Source: Bacteroidota bacterium
GTDB lineage: Bacteria; Bacteroidota; Bacteroidia; 2-12-FULL-35-15
DNA length: 64,000 nucleotides
Direction: 5' to 3'
Assembly: GCA_003151815.1 (NCBI GenBank)
Contig: PLYN01000012.1
Span: 183 to 64,182, forward strand
The notes under the pieces were generated by a model that ran no database searches, had not been told where the DNA came from, and saw only the letters and a list, made by a program, of their open reading frames with translations. Positions 37,375-48,952 of this stretch are shown piece after piece. Positions within the stretch are counted from its first letter, which is position 1. The number at the start of each line of letters is the position of its first letter. Made by a program: the position numbers and the translations under genes.

Positions 37375-38367
37375 TCATTTATCCAGATTTACAATTATTC
37401 TTCCTTTCAATTTACCGGCCATCATCTCATCAACACATGCACTCAATTCATTCAGCCCTTTCTCAACACAAACTTCCTCAAGATTATCTAACTTCCATTC
37501 TTTAGCCAATTTAGCCCAAACAATATTTCTAATATTTTTCGGACATTTTTGAGAATCAATCCCTATTAAAGAAATCCCTTTCAAGATGAAAGGAAAAACT
37601 GTTAGATCTAATACAGGCGAAGAAGCCATTCCACAACACGTTACAACACCTAATGCCTGAGTAGATTTTATCATGTTATCTAAAATTACACCGCCAACAA
37701 CATCAATTCCACCGGCGAATCTTGATTTTAAAAACGGACGAGCATCTTTTACGCCAAATTCATCTCTTGAAATGATCTCTTTTGCACCTAATTTTTTTAG
37801 ATAATCTTCTTCTTCTTTTTTACCTGATATGGCAACAACATCATAACCCAACTTGGATAATATCGCAACACTCATTGAACCAACGCCACCTGTAGCTCCT
37901 GATACAGCAATTTTTCCATCAGCAGGTTTTACCTGCTCCGACAATTTAAGTATCGACATCCCTGCTGTTAATCCCGCTGTTCCTATCATCATTGACTCTT
38001 TTAATGATAATCCGTCAGGAAGTAATACCGGCCACTCAGCCGGAACACGAACATATTGGCCAAATCCGCCATCTGTACCCATTCCAAAATCATAACCGGT
38101 AACAACAACTTTATCACCTGCCTTAAATTTATCAGAACTCGATTCTTCCACAACGCCTGCAGCATCAATACCGGGAGTATGAGGATACTTTGGCGTTATA
38201 CCTTTTGCACCGGTTGAAGATAAAGCATCTTTATAATTTAAAGAAGAGTAATTAACTTTTATTAATACTTCTCCTGCCGGAAGACTATCAATTGTTCTTG
38301 TTTTTATACTTCTGATATATTTACCATCTTGTTCTTCTATCACAAATGCTTTGAATTCTTTTGCCAT
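37375..38367 (-). CDS. YhdH/YhfP family quinone oxidoreductase (acryloyl-CoA reductase-like MDR)
   Basis: YSSLNYKDAL, PGIDAAG, GTAGLTA and GATGGVGS. Confidence 0.92.
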   Translation of the reverse strand: MAKEFKAFVIEEQDGKYIRSIKTRTIDSLPAGEVLIKVNYSSLNYKDALSSTGAKGITPKYPHTPGIDAAGVVEESSSDKFKAGDKVVVTGYDFGMGTDGGFGQYVRVPAEWPVLLPDGLSLKESMMIGTAGLTAGMSILKLSEQVKPADGKIAVSGATGGVGSMSVAILSKLGYDVVAISGKKEEEDYLKKLGAKEIISRDEFGVKDARPFLKSRFAGGIDVVGGVILDNMIKSTQALGVVTCCGMASSPVLDLTVFPFILKGISLIGIDSQKCPKNIRNIVWAKLAKEWKLDNLEEVCVEKGLNELSACVDEMMAGKLKGRIIVNLDK

Positions 38368-38425
38368 TGTTTTTAATTGATTAAAATTGTCTATTAAATT
38401 TATTAATATTTTAAAGCTTACACAC

Positions 38426-38482
38426 TTTCTCGACTACGCTCGAAATGACTGCGCGCTGGTCATTTCGAGCGTAGTCGAGAAA
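38426..38482. repeat. REP-like inverted dimer, TCGACTNCGCTC family
   Basis: Perfect 24-bp inverted repeat tttctcgactacgctcgaaatgac / gtcatttcgagcgtagtcgagaaa. Confidence 0.9.
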
Positions 38483-38507
38483 CAAGCGGGGTATTCCAAA
38501 TCCGCTA

Positions 38508-39308
38508 TTACGGTTTGTACAACTCCCCAAGCCCCTTTAAAACAGTAGTATTTGTTGGATGTATATAAATAAAATCTCCGAATTCAACTTTAGAAATACT
38601 TTCTGCGTTCCTTAATATTCCATCCTCTAACTCATACTTTTTATAACCTATTTCAAACAATACTGATTCCACTACTTTTTTATGTTCTCCTGTAGTTTCT
38701 ATTTGCAAGATTGGCTTATGCTTAATGATCGTATTTTTCAGTTCAGGAATTACAAATTCTTCGTAGCCTTCAATATCACATTTAATAAAATCAATTTTGG
38801 GAATATCCTTTAACAACTCACTTGCCTTTTTCATCTTCGCATCAAACTTAAATTCAAAAGTATCTAAACTTGGTTCCTTATCTGCATCAAAAACAAAAGG
38901 AAGTCCTGTCCTCAGATAACCATGCTGACCAGGAGTTACAAGCGTAACGTCTTTTTCTTCTAAGCCAAGAGCATAAGGAAAAATAACTACATTCGAATAT
39001 TTTTTCAACCTCCAATTTAAGATCTTATTATAAATTGGAACAGGTTCAACGCTATATAGTTTGCCGCTTGCACCAACCCATTTTCTAAACAAAACAGAAT
39101 AATAACCAAGATTAGCACCTATGTCCACTACTGTATCGCCTTGTTTTATAAGGTTTTTTGAAAAATAATGATATTTATAAGTAGGATTGTCTTTTAAAAG
39201 ATTTAGTTTATAGGCAGTAAAAAAAACAATATTCAATAGCTTCAAATACCCAAATTGTCCTAAAACTTTGGAAGTTGCTATTCTAATAAATGTTATTACT
39301 TGATTCAT
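38508..39308 (-). CDS. FkbM family SAM-dependent methyltransferase
   Basis: VVDIGANLGYY, VEPVP and FIKCDIEGYE. Confidence 0.92.
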   Translation of the reverse strand: MNQVITFIRIATSKVLGQFGYLKLLNIVFFTAYKLNLLKDNPTYKYHYFSKNLIKQGDTVVDIGANLGYYSVLFRKWVGASGKLYSVEPVPIYNKILNWRLKKYSNVVIFPYALGLEEKDVTLVTPGQHGYLRTGLPFVFDADKEPSLDTFEFKFDAKMKKASELLKDIPKIDFIKCDIEGYEEFVIPELKNTIIKHKPILQIETTGEHKKVVESVLFEIGYKKYELEDGILRNAESISKVEFGDFIYIHPTNTTVLKGLGELYKP

Positions 39309-39442
39309 GTATTTATTCCCTAAAATAATTTAGACGACGAAAGTAATAGGAAATATTCACATATGAAAGGAGTGGATGTGCGAAACAAAAGATAGGAAAT
39401 CATTTGCTGTAAAAAGGAGAAGATATGCCCTGGTGTATTTAT

Positions 39443-39513
39443 AAAAAATGCTTGGTATCATTCCCTCTACCTTCAATAAAGAAAGCATTTGAAATGATAC
39501 CAAACATTTTTTT
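39443..39513 (-). terminator. Terminator-like long hairpin after rpsT
   Basis: aaaaaatgcttggtatcatt ... aatgataccaaacattttttt. Confidence 0.7.
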
Positions 39514-39515
39514 GT

Positions 39516-39773
39516 TTACTTTTTTAAAGCGTTAACCTTTTTGGTCAATTTTGATTTTAAGTTAGCTGCTTTATTCTTGTGAATAACACTTTTTTTAGCT
39601 AATTTATCAACCATTGCAATAACTTTAGGAAGTTTTTCAGAAGCAGAAGCTTTTACTTCATCGTTTCTTAGATCCTTCACTGCGTTACGCATTGTTTTTG
39701 CCTGGTAACGGTTTTTTAATCTTTTAGCATCGTTAGAACGAATTCTTTTGATACTTGATTTATGATTTGCCAT
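39516..39773 (-). CDS. rpsT: 30S ribosomal protein S20
   Basis: [12 protein letters not shown]...[13 protein letters not shown]. Confidence 0.98.
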   Translation of the reverse strand: MANHKSSIKRIRSNDAKRLKNRYQAKTMRNAVKDLRNDEVKASASEKLPKVIAMVDKLAKKSVIHKNKAANLKSKLTKKVNALKK

Positions 39774-39976
39774 TTTACTTTTTTTAGTTATTAGTCAATT
39801 GAATAATAACAGTTTATTTTAATTTAAATACTGTAATTTATAATATTTTTCGCCTACCTTTTTACTTGATTAGCAATACCGATAGTTTCAATATTGAAAA
39901 TCGGACTGCAAAGATAGAAAATTATTTCGTTTCATCTGCTATTTTAGAAAAAAAATGATTTTACAAAGTCCTTTTT

Positions 39977-41134
39977 TTATGCGGAAACTACAGTTTTCTT
40001 TTCTTTCCTTTTTACCGATGCGATCATCGTTATAAAATCATCAAATAAATATCGGGAATCGTAAGGGCCGGGGCAGGCTTCTGGATGATGCTGCACCGAA
40101 AATACATTTCTGTCGGTATAACGTAAACCTTCAATGGTATTATCATTTAAGTTGATGTGAGTAACTTCCATGTTTTTTACCTTGGCTACATCCTCCGCTT
40201 TTACGCCAAAACCATGATTTTGTGAGGTAATTTCAGATTTTCCTGTAATTAAATTTTTAACCGGGTGATTGATTCCTCTATGTCCCTTATGCATCTTAAA
40301 TGTAGATATACCTGATGCTTCAGCGATTAATTGATGTCCTAAACAAATGCCAAATGTAGGGACAGATGAATTGATTATTTTTTTAATTGTAGCAACTTCC
40401 TCCAGCATTACTGACGGATCGCCTGGTCCATTTGATACCATGAAACCATCAGGTTTCCATTTCATCATTTCTTCAAAGCTTGTCTTCATCGGAAATACTT
40501 GCAAATAGCAACCTCGTTCCACCAATGAACGCAAAATATTTTTCTTCACACCATAATCCGTTACCGCCACTTTGTATGTTGCATTTGCATCACCAAAAAA
40601 ATAAGGTTTTTTTGTACTCACTTTTGAAGATAACTCCAACCCTGCCATTGACGGAACTTTCGAAAGTTTCTCCTTCAAAACTTCCACATCCGAAGTTTCT
40701 GAAGATATAATACAGTTCATTGCGCCTTTATCACGGATATAACGCACGATAGCGCGTGTATCCACATCAGAAATGGCGACAATGTTGTCATTTACAAAAT
40801 AATCCTTTAACGAACCATTGGATCGCTTACGCGAATGAAATTCATTGAACTGTTTACAAACCAGTCCGGCAATTTTTATTGAACCTGTCCTTCCTTCAGT
40901 AGGGTCGGATTCAACTTCATCATTGTTCACGCCGTAATTACCAATATGTACATTAGTAGTTACTACTATCTGACCAAAGTAAGATGGATCAGTAAAAATT
41001 TCCTGGTAACCGGTCATTCCGGTATTAAAACAAATTTCTCCGGTAGCAGTTCCAATTTTACCGGCTGCTTTACCGTGAAATATTTTTCCATCTTCAAGTA
41101 ATAATATTGCAGGGGCTTTCGCTGTATATTTCAT
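39977..41134 (-). CDS. carA: Carbamoyl-phosphate synthase small subunit
   Basis: FNTGMTGYQE, SNGPGDP, GICLGHQ, TSQNHG and QHHPEA. Confidence 0.97.
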   Translation of the reverse strand: MKYTAKAPAILLLEDGKIFHGKAAGKIGTATGEICFNTGMTGYQEIFTDPSYFGQIVVTTNVHIGNYGVNNDEVESDPTEGRTGSIKIAGLVCKQFNEFHSRKRSNGSLKDYFVNDNIVAISDVDTRAIVRYIRDKGAMNCIISSETSDVEVLKEKLSKVPSMAGLELSSKVSTKKPYFFGDANATYKVAVTDYGVKKNILRSLVERGCYLQVFPMKTSFEEMMKWKPDGFMVSNGPGDPSVMLEEVATIKKIINSSVPTFGICLGHQLIAEASGISTFKMHKGHRGINHPVKNLITGKSEITSQNHGFGVKAEDVAKVKNMEVTHINLNDNTIEGLRYTDRNVFSVQHHPEACPGPYDSRYLFDDFITMIASVKRKEKKTVVSA

Positions 41135-41146
41135 ATTCTATATTTT

Positions 41147-41180
41147 ACCCCCTCTCCAAGTGGAGAGGGCTGGGTGAGGT
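41147..41180. repeat. CCCTCTCC-N4-GGAGAGGG REP-like element
   Basis: accccctctccaagtggagagggctgggtgaggt between the rplQ terminator and carA. Confidence 0.85.
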
Positions 41181-41183
41181 CAT

Positions 41184-41219
41184 AAAAAAAGGATAAAGCA
41201 AAATTACTTTATCCTTTTT
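41184..41219 (-). terminator. Terminator at the end of the alpha operon
   Basis: aaaaaaaggataaag-caaaatta-ctttatcctttt. Confidence 0.85.
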
Positions 41220-41245
41220 AGATTTAAAATTTTTTAAATAACATT

Positions 41246-41740
41246 TTATTCACTTTTTGCTTCGTCTTCTGATGAATCTTCTTTTTTAGCAGCTGTTTTA
41301 GGAGCAGCTTCTGTTGATTTCTTTTTAGCTCCACGTCTCGCAGCTTTCGCTTTTACAGGGGCTTTAGCAGATAACATATTTTCATTAAAATCAACTAATT
41401 CAATGAAACACATATCAGCATTGTCACCTAAACGAGCACCTGTTTTCAGGATTCTCGTATATCCGCCCGGACGATCAGCTATTTTAGAAGATATGTCTTT
41501 GAACAACATATCAACGGCTTCTTTGCTTTGTAAATAAGCAAAGATAGTACGTCTTGAATGTGTTGAATCATCTTTTGATTTTGTTAAAAGAGGCTCAACA
41601 TATATTCTCAACGCTTTTGCTTTTGCAACAGTGGTAGATATACGTTTATGCAATATCAATGAACTAGCCATATTCGCCAACATTGATTTGCGATGTGCTG
41701 TTTTTCTACCTAAATTATTTAATTTATCTCCGTGTCTCAT
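41246..41740 (-). CDS. rplQ: 50S ribosomal protein L17
   Basis: [14 protein letters not shown] and RPGGYTRI. Start corrected to 41740. Confidence 0.98.
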   Translation of the reverse strand: MRHGDKLNNLGRKTAHRKSMLANMASSLILHKRISTTVAKAKALRIYVEPLLTKSKDDSTHSRRTIFAYLQSKEAVDMLFKDISSKIADRPGGYTRILKTGARLGDNADMCFIELVDFNENMLSAKAPVKAKAARRGAKKKSTEAAPKTAAKKEDSSEDEAKSE

Positions 41741-41818
41741 TTTTATTTTAGTATTGAGATTTGAGATATGAGTATTGAGAATCTCACATCTCACATCTCA
41801 TATCTGAAAATCTAATTT

Positions 41819-42814
41819 TTAATATTCTTTATCTAATTTATATTTTGCTAAATTCATTCCAAAGGTTAAGCCTTTGTTAGCAACTAGGTCTTCTAATTCA
41901 ATTAAAGATTTTTTACCGAAATTGCGGAATTTTAAAAGATCATGTTTAGCAAATGAAACCAGATCAGCCAAAGTATCAACATCAGCAGCTTTTAAGCAAT
42001 TTAAAGCGCGCACCGATAGATCCATATCTACTAATTTTGTTTTCAATAATTGACGCATGTGTAACGATGATTCGTCAAATTCTTCAGTAGCCATTTTTTC
42101 TTCAATATCCAATGTGATACGCTCGTCAGAGAATAACATGAAATGGTGGATAAGAATTTTAGCAGCTTCTGTTAATGCTTCTTTCGGATGAATTGAACCA
42201 TCGGTAACAATATTTAAGATCAATTTTTCGTAATCTGTTTTTTGTTCAACACGAAAATTTTCAATTGTATAATTTACATTTTTGATCGGAGTGTAAATAG
42301 AATCGATTGGAATTAAACCAAAACTTGCATTAGCAGATTTGTTCTCTTCAGCAGGAACGTATCCGCGACCTTTATCAATGGTTAGTTCCATTTTCAATTT
42401 TACATTCGGCTCCATGTTACAGATAACAAGATCTGAATTTAACACTTGGAATCCTGAAGTAAATTTACCAATATCACCTGCAGTTAATTGAGTTTTACCC
42501 GTAACCGTTACAGTTACTTTTTCAAAATCAATGCTGTCAATTTGCTTTTTAAAACGAACTTGTTTTAAGTTTAAGATTATTTCAGTAACATCTTCTGTAA
42601 CACCTTTAAGGGTGGAAAACTCATGGTCTACACCTTCAATCTTCATAGTAGTAACTGCGTGACCTTCCAGAGACGATAACAAAATTCTTCTTAAAGCATT
42701 ACCCACGGTGATGCCGTAGCCTGGCTCTAATGGACGAAACTCGAATACTCCTTCAGTTTCGTTAGATTGTATCATGATAACCTTATCTGGTTTTTGAAAA
42801 GCTAAAATTGCCAT
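41819..42814 (-). CDS. rpoA: RNA polymerase alpha subunit
   Basis: [25 protein letters not shown] and RNFGKKS. Confidence 0.99.
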   Translation of the reverse strand: MAILAFQKPDKVIMIQSNETEGVFEFRPLEPGYGITVGNALRRILLSSLEGHAVTTMKIEGVDHEFSTLKGVTEDVTEIILNLKQVRFKKQIDSIDFEKVTVTVTGKTQLTAGDIGKFTSGFQVLNSDLVICNMEPNVKLKMELTIDKGRGYVPAEENKSANASFGLIPIDSIYTPIKNVNYTIENFRVEQKTDYEKLILNIVTDGSIHPKEALTEAAKILIHHFMLFSDERITLDIEEKMATEEFDESSLHMRQLLKTKLVDMDLSVRALNCLKAADVDTLADLVSFAKHDLLKFRNFGKKSLIELEDLVANKGLTFGMNLAKYKLDKEY

Positions 42815-42872
42815 TGTGTATATAGTTTAGTTATTTATTTTATTTTTTTGCCTATTCGCTATTATCAATTCT

Positions 42873-43478
42873 CTATTTAGAGTATAATTCGACAATTAGT
42901 TGCTCTTTAATATTTTCTGGAATCTGAACTCTTTCAGGGATCGCAATAAACTTACCTGTCATAGTTGATTTATCAAAATCCATCCAAGGAAAACTGTTAG
43001 CAACACTTGCAACATTATTGCTTATTACTTCTAATGTTTTTGAACGCTCACGAACCGCAACAGTATCGCCTGGTTTTAAAATATAAGAAGCAATATTTAC
43101 AACACTTCCATTTACCGTTATGTGACGGTGTCCAACCAATTGGCGTGCACCACTGCGTGTAGGAGATATACCCATACGGTAAACAACATTATCTAAACGT
43201 GATTCGATAAGTTGCAACAATACTTCACCTGTAACACCATGAGCCGTTTGAGCCATAGTATATATTTTGGCAAACTGACGTTCCAAAATACCATAAGTAT
43301 ATTTTGCTTTTTGTTTTTCTTTTAACTGAACAGCGTATTCGGATTGCTTAGAACGTTTTTTAGACAAACCATGCATTCCCGGAGGATAATTCTTTTTTTC
43401 TAATGCCTTATCAGGTCCGAAAATAGGTTCTTTAAATTTTCTTGCAATTCTTGATTTGGGGCCAATATATCTTGCCAT
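42873..43478 (-). CDS. rpsD: 30S ribosomal protein S4
   Basis: MARYIGP, QLKEKQK and [10 protein letters not shown]. Confidence 0.99.
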   Translation of the reverse strand: MARYIGPKSRIARKFKEPIFGPDKALEKKNYPPGMHGLSKKRSKQSEYAVQLKEKQKAKYTYGILERQFAKIYTMAQTAHGVTGEVLLQLIESRLDNVVYRMGISPTRSGARQLVGHRHITVNGSVVNIASYILKPGDTVAVRERSKTLEVISNNVASVANSFPWMDFDKSTMTGKFIAIPERVQIPENIKEQLIVELYSK

Positions 43479-43589
43479 TTTTTTATTTTTTGTTGTTTGT
43501 TAATCTACTCTTTATTGTTAATAGTCTTTTTGACTTTTAACTTATTATCTAAATCTTCTGACTTTTACTTAAGCCTTTTTGACCTTATA

Positions 43590-44000
43590 TTATACTCTTC
43601 TGCGTTTTGGAGGACGGCAACCGTTGTGAGGGATTGGTGTGATATCCATGATTTCAGTAACTTCAATACCTGCACCTGAAAGGGTACGGATAGCAGATTC
43701 ACGTCCGGCGCCAGGTCCTTTTACAAACACTTTCACTTTTCTCAATCCTGCATCGTGAGCAACTTTAGCACAATCTTGCGCAGCCAATTGAGCAGCGTAA
43801 GGTGTGTTCTTTTTAGAACCACGGAAACCCATTTTACCAGCACTTGACCAAGAGATCACTTGACCGGTCATGTTGGTTAATGAAATGATAATGTTATTAA
43901 ATGTAGCACTAATATGAGCTTCCCCAATTGCATCTACTTTTACAACTCTTTTTTTTGCCGCAGCTTTAACTGCTGTGCCTTGTTGATTTTGTTTGGCCAT
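43590..44000 (-). CDS. rpsK: 30S ribosomal protein S11
   Basis: [19 protein letters not shown] and [12 protein letters not shown]. Confidence 0.99.
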   Translation of the reverse strand: MAKQNQQGTAVKAAAKKRVVKVDAIGEAHISATFNNIIISLTNMTGQVISWSSAGKMGFRGSKKNTPYAAQLAAQDCAKVAHDAGLRKVKVFVKGPGAGRESAIRTLSGAGIEVTEIMDITPIPHNGCRPPKRRRV

Positions 44001-44046
44001 TATTTATTTAATTGATCGCTAACTGCAACGTTAACCTGTTTTTTTA

Positions 44047-44424
44047 CTATTTAGTTACTTTTTTCTTATTCGCAACAGTTTTGCGTTTACCTTTTCTGGT
44101 ACGAGCATTATTTTTTGTTGTTTGGCCACGCACAGGTAATCCAACACGGTGACGAATACCTCTGTATGAACCAATATCCATTAAACGTTTAATGTTTAAT
44201 TGAATTTCCGAACGTAAAGAACCTTCTAATTTATACTTATCATTAAGAATAGTACGTATAGCGGTTAATTGATCATCGTTCCAATCCTGAACTTTTACAT
44301 TCCAATCAATACCGGCTTCGGTTAATACTTTTTGAGCAGAACTACGACCTATTCCGTAAATGTAAGTTAAGCCAATTTCTCCTCTTTTGTTGTTTGGTAA
44401 ATCAATACCCGCAATTCTTGCCAT
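44047..44424 (-). CDS. rpsM: 30S ribosomal protein S13
   Basis: [10 protein letters not shown] and [14 protein letters not shown]. Confidence 0.99.
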   Translation of the reverse strand: MARIAGIDLPNNKRGEIGLTYIYGIGRSSAQKVLTEAGIDWNVKVQDWNDDQLTAIRTILNDKYKLEGSLRSEIQLNIKRLMDIGSYRGIRHRVGLPVRGQTTKNNARTRKGKRKTVANKKKVTK

Positions 44425-44537
44425 TTTATTATTTAGTTTAAAGTTTATTAGTTTAAAGTTTGAAAGTCTTAAGTTTTAAAAGCTGCCTGATATTCGCAAA
44501 CTTTAAACTTTGAACTTTTCAACTTTGAACTTTAATA

Positions 44538-44654
44538 TTACCCTTGTCTTTGTTTGAACTTAGGATTTTTTTTGTTGATAACATACAAAACACCGTTTCT
44601 GCGAACAATTTTGCAGTCAACACTTCTCTTTTTAATTGCTGTTCTAACTTTCAT
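44538..44654 (-). CDS. rpmJ: 50S ribosomal protein L36 (Zn-free type)
   Basis: Below the ORF cutoff. Manual translation gives [38 protein letters not shown]. Confidence 0.97.
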   Translation of the reverse strand: MKVRTAIKKRSVDCKIVRRNGVLYVINKKNPKFKQRQG

Positions 44655-44666
44655 TTTACTGCTTTT

Positions 44667-44885
44667 TTATTTGTAACGATACGTAATTCTTCCTTTTGTT
44701 AAATCGTATGGCGACATTTCAATTTTCACTTTATCGCCCGTTAATATTTTTATATAATGCATTCGCATTTTTCCGGAAATATGGGCCGTAATCACGTGTC
44801 CGTTTTCAAGCTCAACACGAAACATTGCATTCGACAAAGCTTCAAGAATAGTTCCGTCTTGCTCAATTGACGCTTGTTTTGCCAT
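44667..44885 (-). CDS. infA: Translation initiation factor IF-1
   Basis: [14 protein letters not shown] and [14 protein letters not shown]. Confidence 0.99.
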   Translation of the reverse strand: MAKQASIEQDGTILEALSNAMFRVELENGHVITAHISGKMRMHYIKILTGDKVKIEMSPYDLTKGRITYRYK

Positions 44886-44939
44886 ATTTTTTTACAATTC
44901 TAATACCTAACTCTAAATAATTTAGGATTTAGGATTTTT

Positions 44940-45728
44940 TTATTTTTTAACTTTTAATACTTCTTCTATATCTTCAAAACTAGATAATATATCCGCTTTG
45001 TCTTTCCCAATCGCTATTGTATGCTCAAAGTGCGCTGAAACTAGATTGTCAGCTGTACGTATCGTCCATCCGTCATTCTCTTGTATAATTGCTTTCTTAC
45101 CTAAATTAACCATTGGTTCAATTGCAATTACCAAACCTTCCTGAAGTTTTAATCCCGATCCTTTTTTACCATAATTAGGTACTTCCGGAGCTTCGTGAAG
45201 ATTTTGTCCTATTCCGTGTCCAACCAATTCGCGAACAATAGAATAACCATTTTTTTCAGCATGGGCTTGTACAGCTTCACTCACATCCCCTAAACGATTG
45301 CCAACAACAGCCTTTTCAATTGCTTTATAAAGGCTCTCTTTAGTAACTTTTAAAAGATCTAAAACTTCCAGTTTTACTTCGCCAACGGCAAAAGTATAAG
45401 CCGAATCTCCAAAGAACTTATTTTTTACAACCCCACAATCAACGGAAATAATATCACCTTCTTTTAATTCGTATTTCCCAGGTATTCCATGAACAACTTG
45501 TGAATTTACAGAAATACATAAAGTATTCGGGAAGCCGCTATATCCCTTAAAAGCAGGTATAGCATTGTTATCTTTGATAAACTCTTCTGCAATTTTATCT
45601 AATGATAAAGTTGTAATTCCAGGTTTGATCAATTTTGCAACCTCAGCTAACGTTTTTCCAACAAGTAAAGAACTAACTCTTATTAACTCAATCTCCTCTT
45701 TTGTCTTATAAAACAAGTCTTTTGCCAC
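44940..45728 (-). CDS. map: Methionine aminopeptidase type I
   Basis: CISVN..VVHGIP, VDCG, GHGIG, AIEPM and SAHFEHT. Confidence 0.98.
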   Translation of the reverse strand: MAKDLFYKTKEEIELIRVSSLLVGKTLAEVAKLIKPGITTLSLDKIAEEFIKDNNAIPAFKGYSGFPNTLCISVNSQVVHGIPGKYELKEGDIISVDCGVVKNKFFGDSAYTFAVGEVKLEVLDLLKVTKESLYKAIEKAVVGNRLGDVSEAVQAHAEKNGYSIVRELVGHGIGQNLHEAPEVPNYGKKGSGLKLQEGLVIAIEPMVNLGKKAIIQENDGWTIRTADNLVSAHFEHTIAIGKDKADILSSFEDIEEVLKVKK

Positions 45729-45776
45729 AATATTAAACCTTTTTGATAACGAATTATCCGATATCTTAATTTTTAT

Positions 45777-47117
45777 TTACGCATTTGTCATACTCATAGA
45801 AGAACGACCTTTGATTCTTCCACTTTGCATTAATCCATCATAATGACGCATCAACAAATGACTTTCTATTTGTTGCAAAGTATCTAATACTACACCTACC
45901 AAAATTAATAATGACGTTCCACCATAAAATTGAGCAAATTCAGGACTAATATTAATTTTAACAGCAAATGCAGGTAAAATAGCTATAAAAGCAAGAAAAA
46001 CAGAACCCGGCAATGTTATTCTCGACATGATCGTATCAATGAATTCAGCAGTTTTTTTACCAGGTATTATTCCTGGTACAAAACCTCCATTACGTTTCAT
46101 ATCCTCTGCCATTTGGTTTGGATTAACTGTAATAGCAGTATAAAAATAGGTGAATACAATAATTAAAAGGGCAAACACTAAATTATACCAAAAACCATAA
46201 TGATTTGAAAATGTCCTAACAAAGCCTGATAATGCTTCCGACTCTGAGAAACCTGCAATTGTTAATGGAATAAACATAATTGCCTGTGCAAAAATAATAG
46301 GCATAACACCTGCAGCATTCACTTTTAAAGGGATATATTGACGAACACCGCCGGTTTGTTTATTGCCAACGATTTTTTTTGCGAATTGAACAGGTATTTT
46401 TCGAGTTCCTTGTACCAATAAAATTGTTCCCATAATTACCAATAAAAGCAAAACAAGTTCTATTAATAACATGATCAAACCGCCACCATCACCACCTAAG
46501 CGCGAACCGAATTCCGAAACAAATGCAAAGGGTAAACGAGCGATAATACCTATCATGATGATGATGGATATACCATTTCCAATACCTTTATCAGTGATTT
46601 TTTCTCCTAACCACATTACAAACATAGTTCCTGTGATCAATATTAATACGGATTGTATGTACCAAAACGTACTTGGATCTGTAACAACACCAACCTTATT
46701 TGTAATTTGTGATGCAATATATCCTGGAGCTTGCAACATAGTAATTGCAACTGTTAAAAAACGTGTAATCTGATTGATTTTTTTTCTACCACTTTCTCCC
46801 GACATTTGTAACTTGCGGAAATACGGTAAGGCCATTCCCAATAATTGAACAACGATAGACGCAGAAATATAAGGCATAATACCTAAACCAAAAATGGAAG
46901 CACGAGAAAATGCGCCGCCTGCAAAAATATTTATCAATCCTACAATTCCTTCATTGGCTGATTTATTTGCAGCAGAAAGGATCTCTGAATTAACTCCAGG
47001 AAGAACAACATAAGAACCTAAACGGTAAACCAAAACAAACCCGAGTGTATTTAAAATACGAACTCGTAAGTCGTCAATTTTCCAAATGTTTCTTAATGTA
47101 TTGATTAAGTTTTTCAT
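45777..47117 (-). CDS. secY: Preprotein translocase subunit SecY
   Basis: IFGLGIMPYISASI, GIGNGIS, PLKVNAAGVMPIIFA and GGTSLLI. Confidence 0.99.
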   Translation of the reverse strand: MKNLINTLRNIWKIDDLRVRILNTLGFVLVYRLGSYVVLPGVNSEILSAANKSANEGIVGLINIFAGGAFSRASIFGLGIMPYISASIVVQLLGMALPYFRKLQMSGESGRKKINQITRFLTVAITMLQAPGYIASQITNKVGVVTDPSTFWYIQSVLILITGTMFVMWLGEKITDKGIGNGISIIIMIGIIARLPFAFVSEFGSRLGGDGGGLIMLLIELVLLLLVIMGTILLVQGTRKIPVQFAKKIVGNKQTGGVRQYIPLKVNAAGVMPIIFAQAIMFIPLTIAGFSESEALSGFVRTFSNHYGFWYNLVFALLIIVFTYFYTAITVNPNQMAEDMKRNGGFVPGIIPGKKTAEFIDTIMSRITLPGSVFLAFIAILPAFAVKINISPEFAQFYGGTSLLILVGVVLDTLQQIESHLLMRHYDGLMQSGRIKGRSSMSMTNA

Positions 47118-47141
47118 AAAACAATTTTATTGCTTAAGATA

Positions 47142-47600
47142 TTATGCTTTTTCAATAGATACTGCAGCTCCACCTTGGGCTTCAATTGCATTTTTAGCTG
47201 TTGCCGAAAATGCATGCACTTTTATTTCAACTTTAGATTTCAACTCTCCACGACCAAGCACTTTTACTTTGTCGTTTTTATGAGCTAAGCCTTTTGAAAT
47301 TAAGAACGCTATATCAATTGTATTCACTTTATTGTCATCAACTAATGATTGAATGACATCTAGATTAATCCCGCGATATTCAACACGGTTAATATTTTTA
47401 AATCCAAATTTAGGAACACGTCTTTGCAATGGCATTTGACCGCCTTCAAAACCTCTTTTAGCAGAATAACCTGAACGAGATTGAGCTCCTTTATGTCCTT
47501 TTGTTGAAGTTCCGCCTTTACCTGACCCTTGACCTCTACCTAAACGCTTTTTAGCATTTTTAACCGAACCTTCTGCTGGTGTTAATTTACTTAAATTCAT
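47142..47600 (-). CDS. rplO: 50S ribosomal protein L15
   Basis: RLGRGQGSG and FEGGQMPLQRR. Confidence 0.99.
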   Translation of the reverse strand: MNLSKLTPAEGSVKNAKKRLGRGQGSGKGGTSTKGHKGAQSRSGYSAKRGFEGGQMPLQRRVPKFGFKNINRVEYRGINLDVIQSLVDDNKVNTIDIAFLISKGLAHKNDKVKVLGRGELKSKVEIKVHAFSATAKNAIEAQGGAAVSIEKA

Positions 47601-47694
47601 TACTTTATTTTTTATTTGATGATTTGATGACTTAGTGATTTAATGATTTATCCTTAAAAATCTCTAAACCTCCAATTCAATAATTCTCTATTCT

Positions 47695-47871
47695 TTATTT
47701 TACTACTGTAACCAAATGGGCTACTTTGTTAACCATTCCAATAATTTGAGGAGTTGCTTCCTTTTCTATTGTTTGATTTAATTTGATAAAGCCTAGAGCA
47801 CGCAACGTACGTTTTTGGCGCTCAGGACGACCAATACCACTTTTTATTTGTTTGATTTTAATTGTTGCCAT
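47695..47871 (-). CDS. rpmD: 50S ribosomal protein L30
   Basis: MATIKIKQIKSGIGRP. Start corrected to 47871. Confidence 0.97.
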   Translation of the reverse strand: MATIKIKQIKSGIGRPERQKRTLRALGFIKLNQTIEKEATPQIIGMVNKVAHLVTVVK

Positions 47872-47959
47872 TTTATTTTTTAGTTTAAAGTTTTTAAGTT
47901 TAAAGTTCAATTGTTGGTCTTAACTTTCCAGATTGAACTTTCTAACTTTGAACTTATTT

Positions 47960-48478
47960 TTATCCATTAAATACTTTTTCCATTGAAATACCACGGTGTT
48001 GAGCAACAGTTGCTGCATCACGCATTTTCATCAAAGCATCCATAGTAGCTTTTACTACGTTATGAGGGTTTGATGACCCTTTTGATTTCGCCAAAACATC
48101 AGTTACGCCAACGCTTTCCAACACAGCACGCATCGCACCACCGGCAATAACACCGGTACCGTGAGCAGCAGGTTTTAAGAAAACCAATGAACCGCTGAAT
48201 TTACCGTATTGTTCGTGAGGAACAGTCCCTTTTACGATTGCTACTTTTATCAAATTCTTTTTAGCATCATCAATTCCTTTGGTGATAGCATCAGTAACCT
48301 CTTTAGCTTTACCTAAACCGTAACCAACTATACCTTTTTCATTTCCAACAACCACAATAGCTGAAAATGTAAAATTTCTACCACCTTTGGTAACCTTAGT
48401 TACACGTTGAATGCTAACAAGCTTATCTTTCAATTCGATGTCGCTTGATTTTACTCTTTTAATGTTTGCGTTTGACAT
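47960..48478 (-). CDS. rpsE: 30S ribosomal protein S5
   Basis: [18 protein letters not shown] and GTGVIAGG. Confidence 0.99.
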   Translation of the reverse strand: MSNANIKRVKSSDIELKDKLVSIQRVTKVTKGGRNFTFSAIVVVGNEKGIVGYGLGKAKEVTDAITKGIDDAKKNLIKVAIVKGTVPHEQYGKFSGSLVFLKPAAHGTGVIAGGAMRAVLESVGVTDVLAKSKGSSNPHNVVKATMDALMKMRDAATVAQHRGISMEKVFNG

Positions 48479-48539
48479 TTTCTTTATTTTTAGATTTAGT
48501 CCCGAAATTTTATTGGGATTAATTTTTAAATTTTAATTA

Positions 48540-48896
48540 TTAAAATTTTAGTCCTGCCTCACGAGCGCCTTCAGCTAATGATTTCACGCGACCATGATAT
48601 AAATAACCATTTCTATCAAATTTAACAGCAGAAATACCGGCTTTAGTAGCTTTTTCAGCAATTGCCTTACCTACTAATTTGGCTTGATCTATTTTATTGC
48701 CTTTTACATCTGCAATACCTTTATCGGTAGATGATGCTGCAACAAGTGTTTTACCTGTAACATCGTCAATAAGTTGAACATAAATCCCTTTATTACTTCT
48801 AAAAACAGATAGTCTAGGACTATTCGCTTCTCCGTGTACTACCTTACGGATACGTTGCTTAATTCTGTTTCTTCTAAATTCTTTTGTGACTGCCAT
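48540..48896 (-). CDS. rplR: 50S ribosomal protein L18
   Basis: [10 protein letters not shown] and [12 protein letters not shown]. Confidence 0.99.
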   Translation of the reverse strand: MAVTKEFRRNRIKQRIRKVVHGEANSPRLSVFRSNKGIYVQLIDDVTGKTLVAASSTDKGIADVKGNKIDQAKLVGKAIAEKATKAGISAVKFDRNGYLYHGRVKSLAEGAREAGLKF

Positions 48897-48952
48897 TTTT
48901 TTAAACTTATTTCTATCGCGGTTTGAGGCGATAATTGTGAACTCTTTACTTA

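Noticed and set aside
39309-39515. Possible tRNA or ncRNA downstream of rpsT
   Set aside because: No cloverleaf or T-loop motif; only a terminator-like hairpin.
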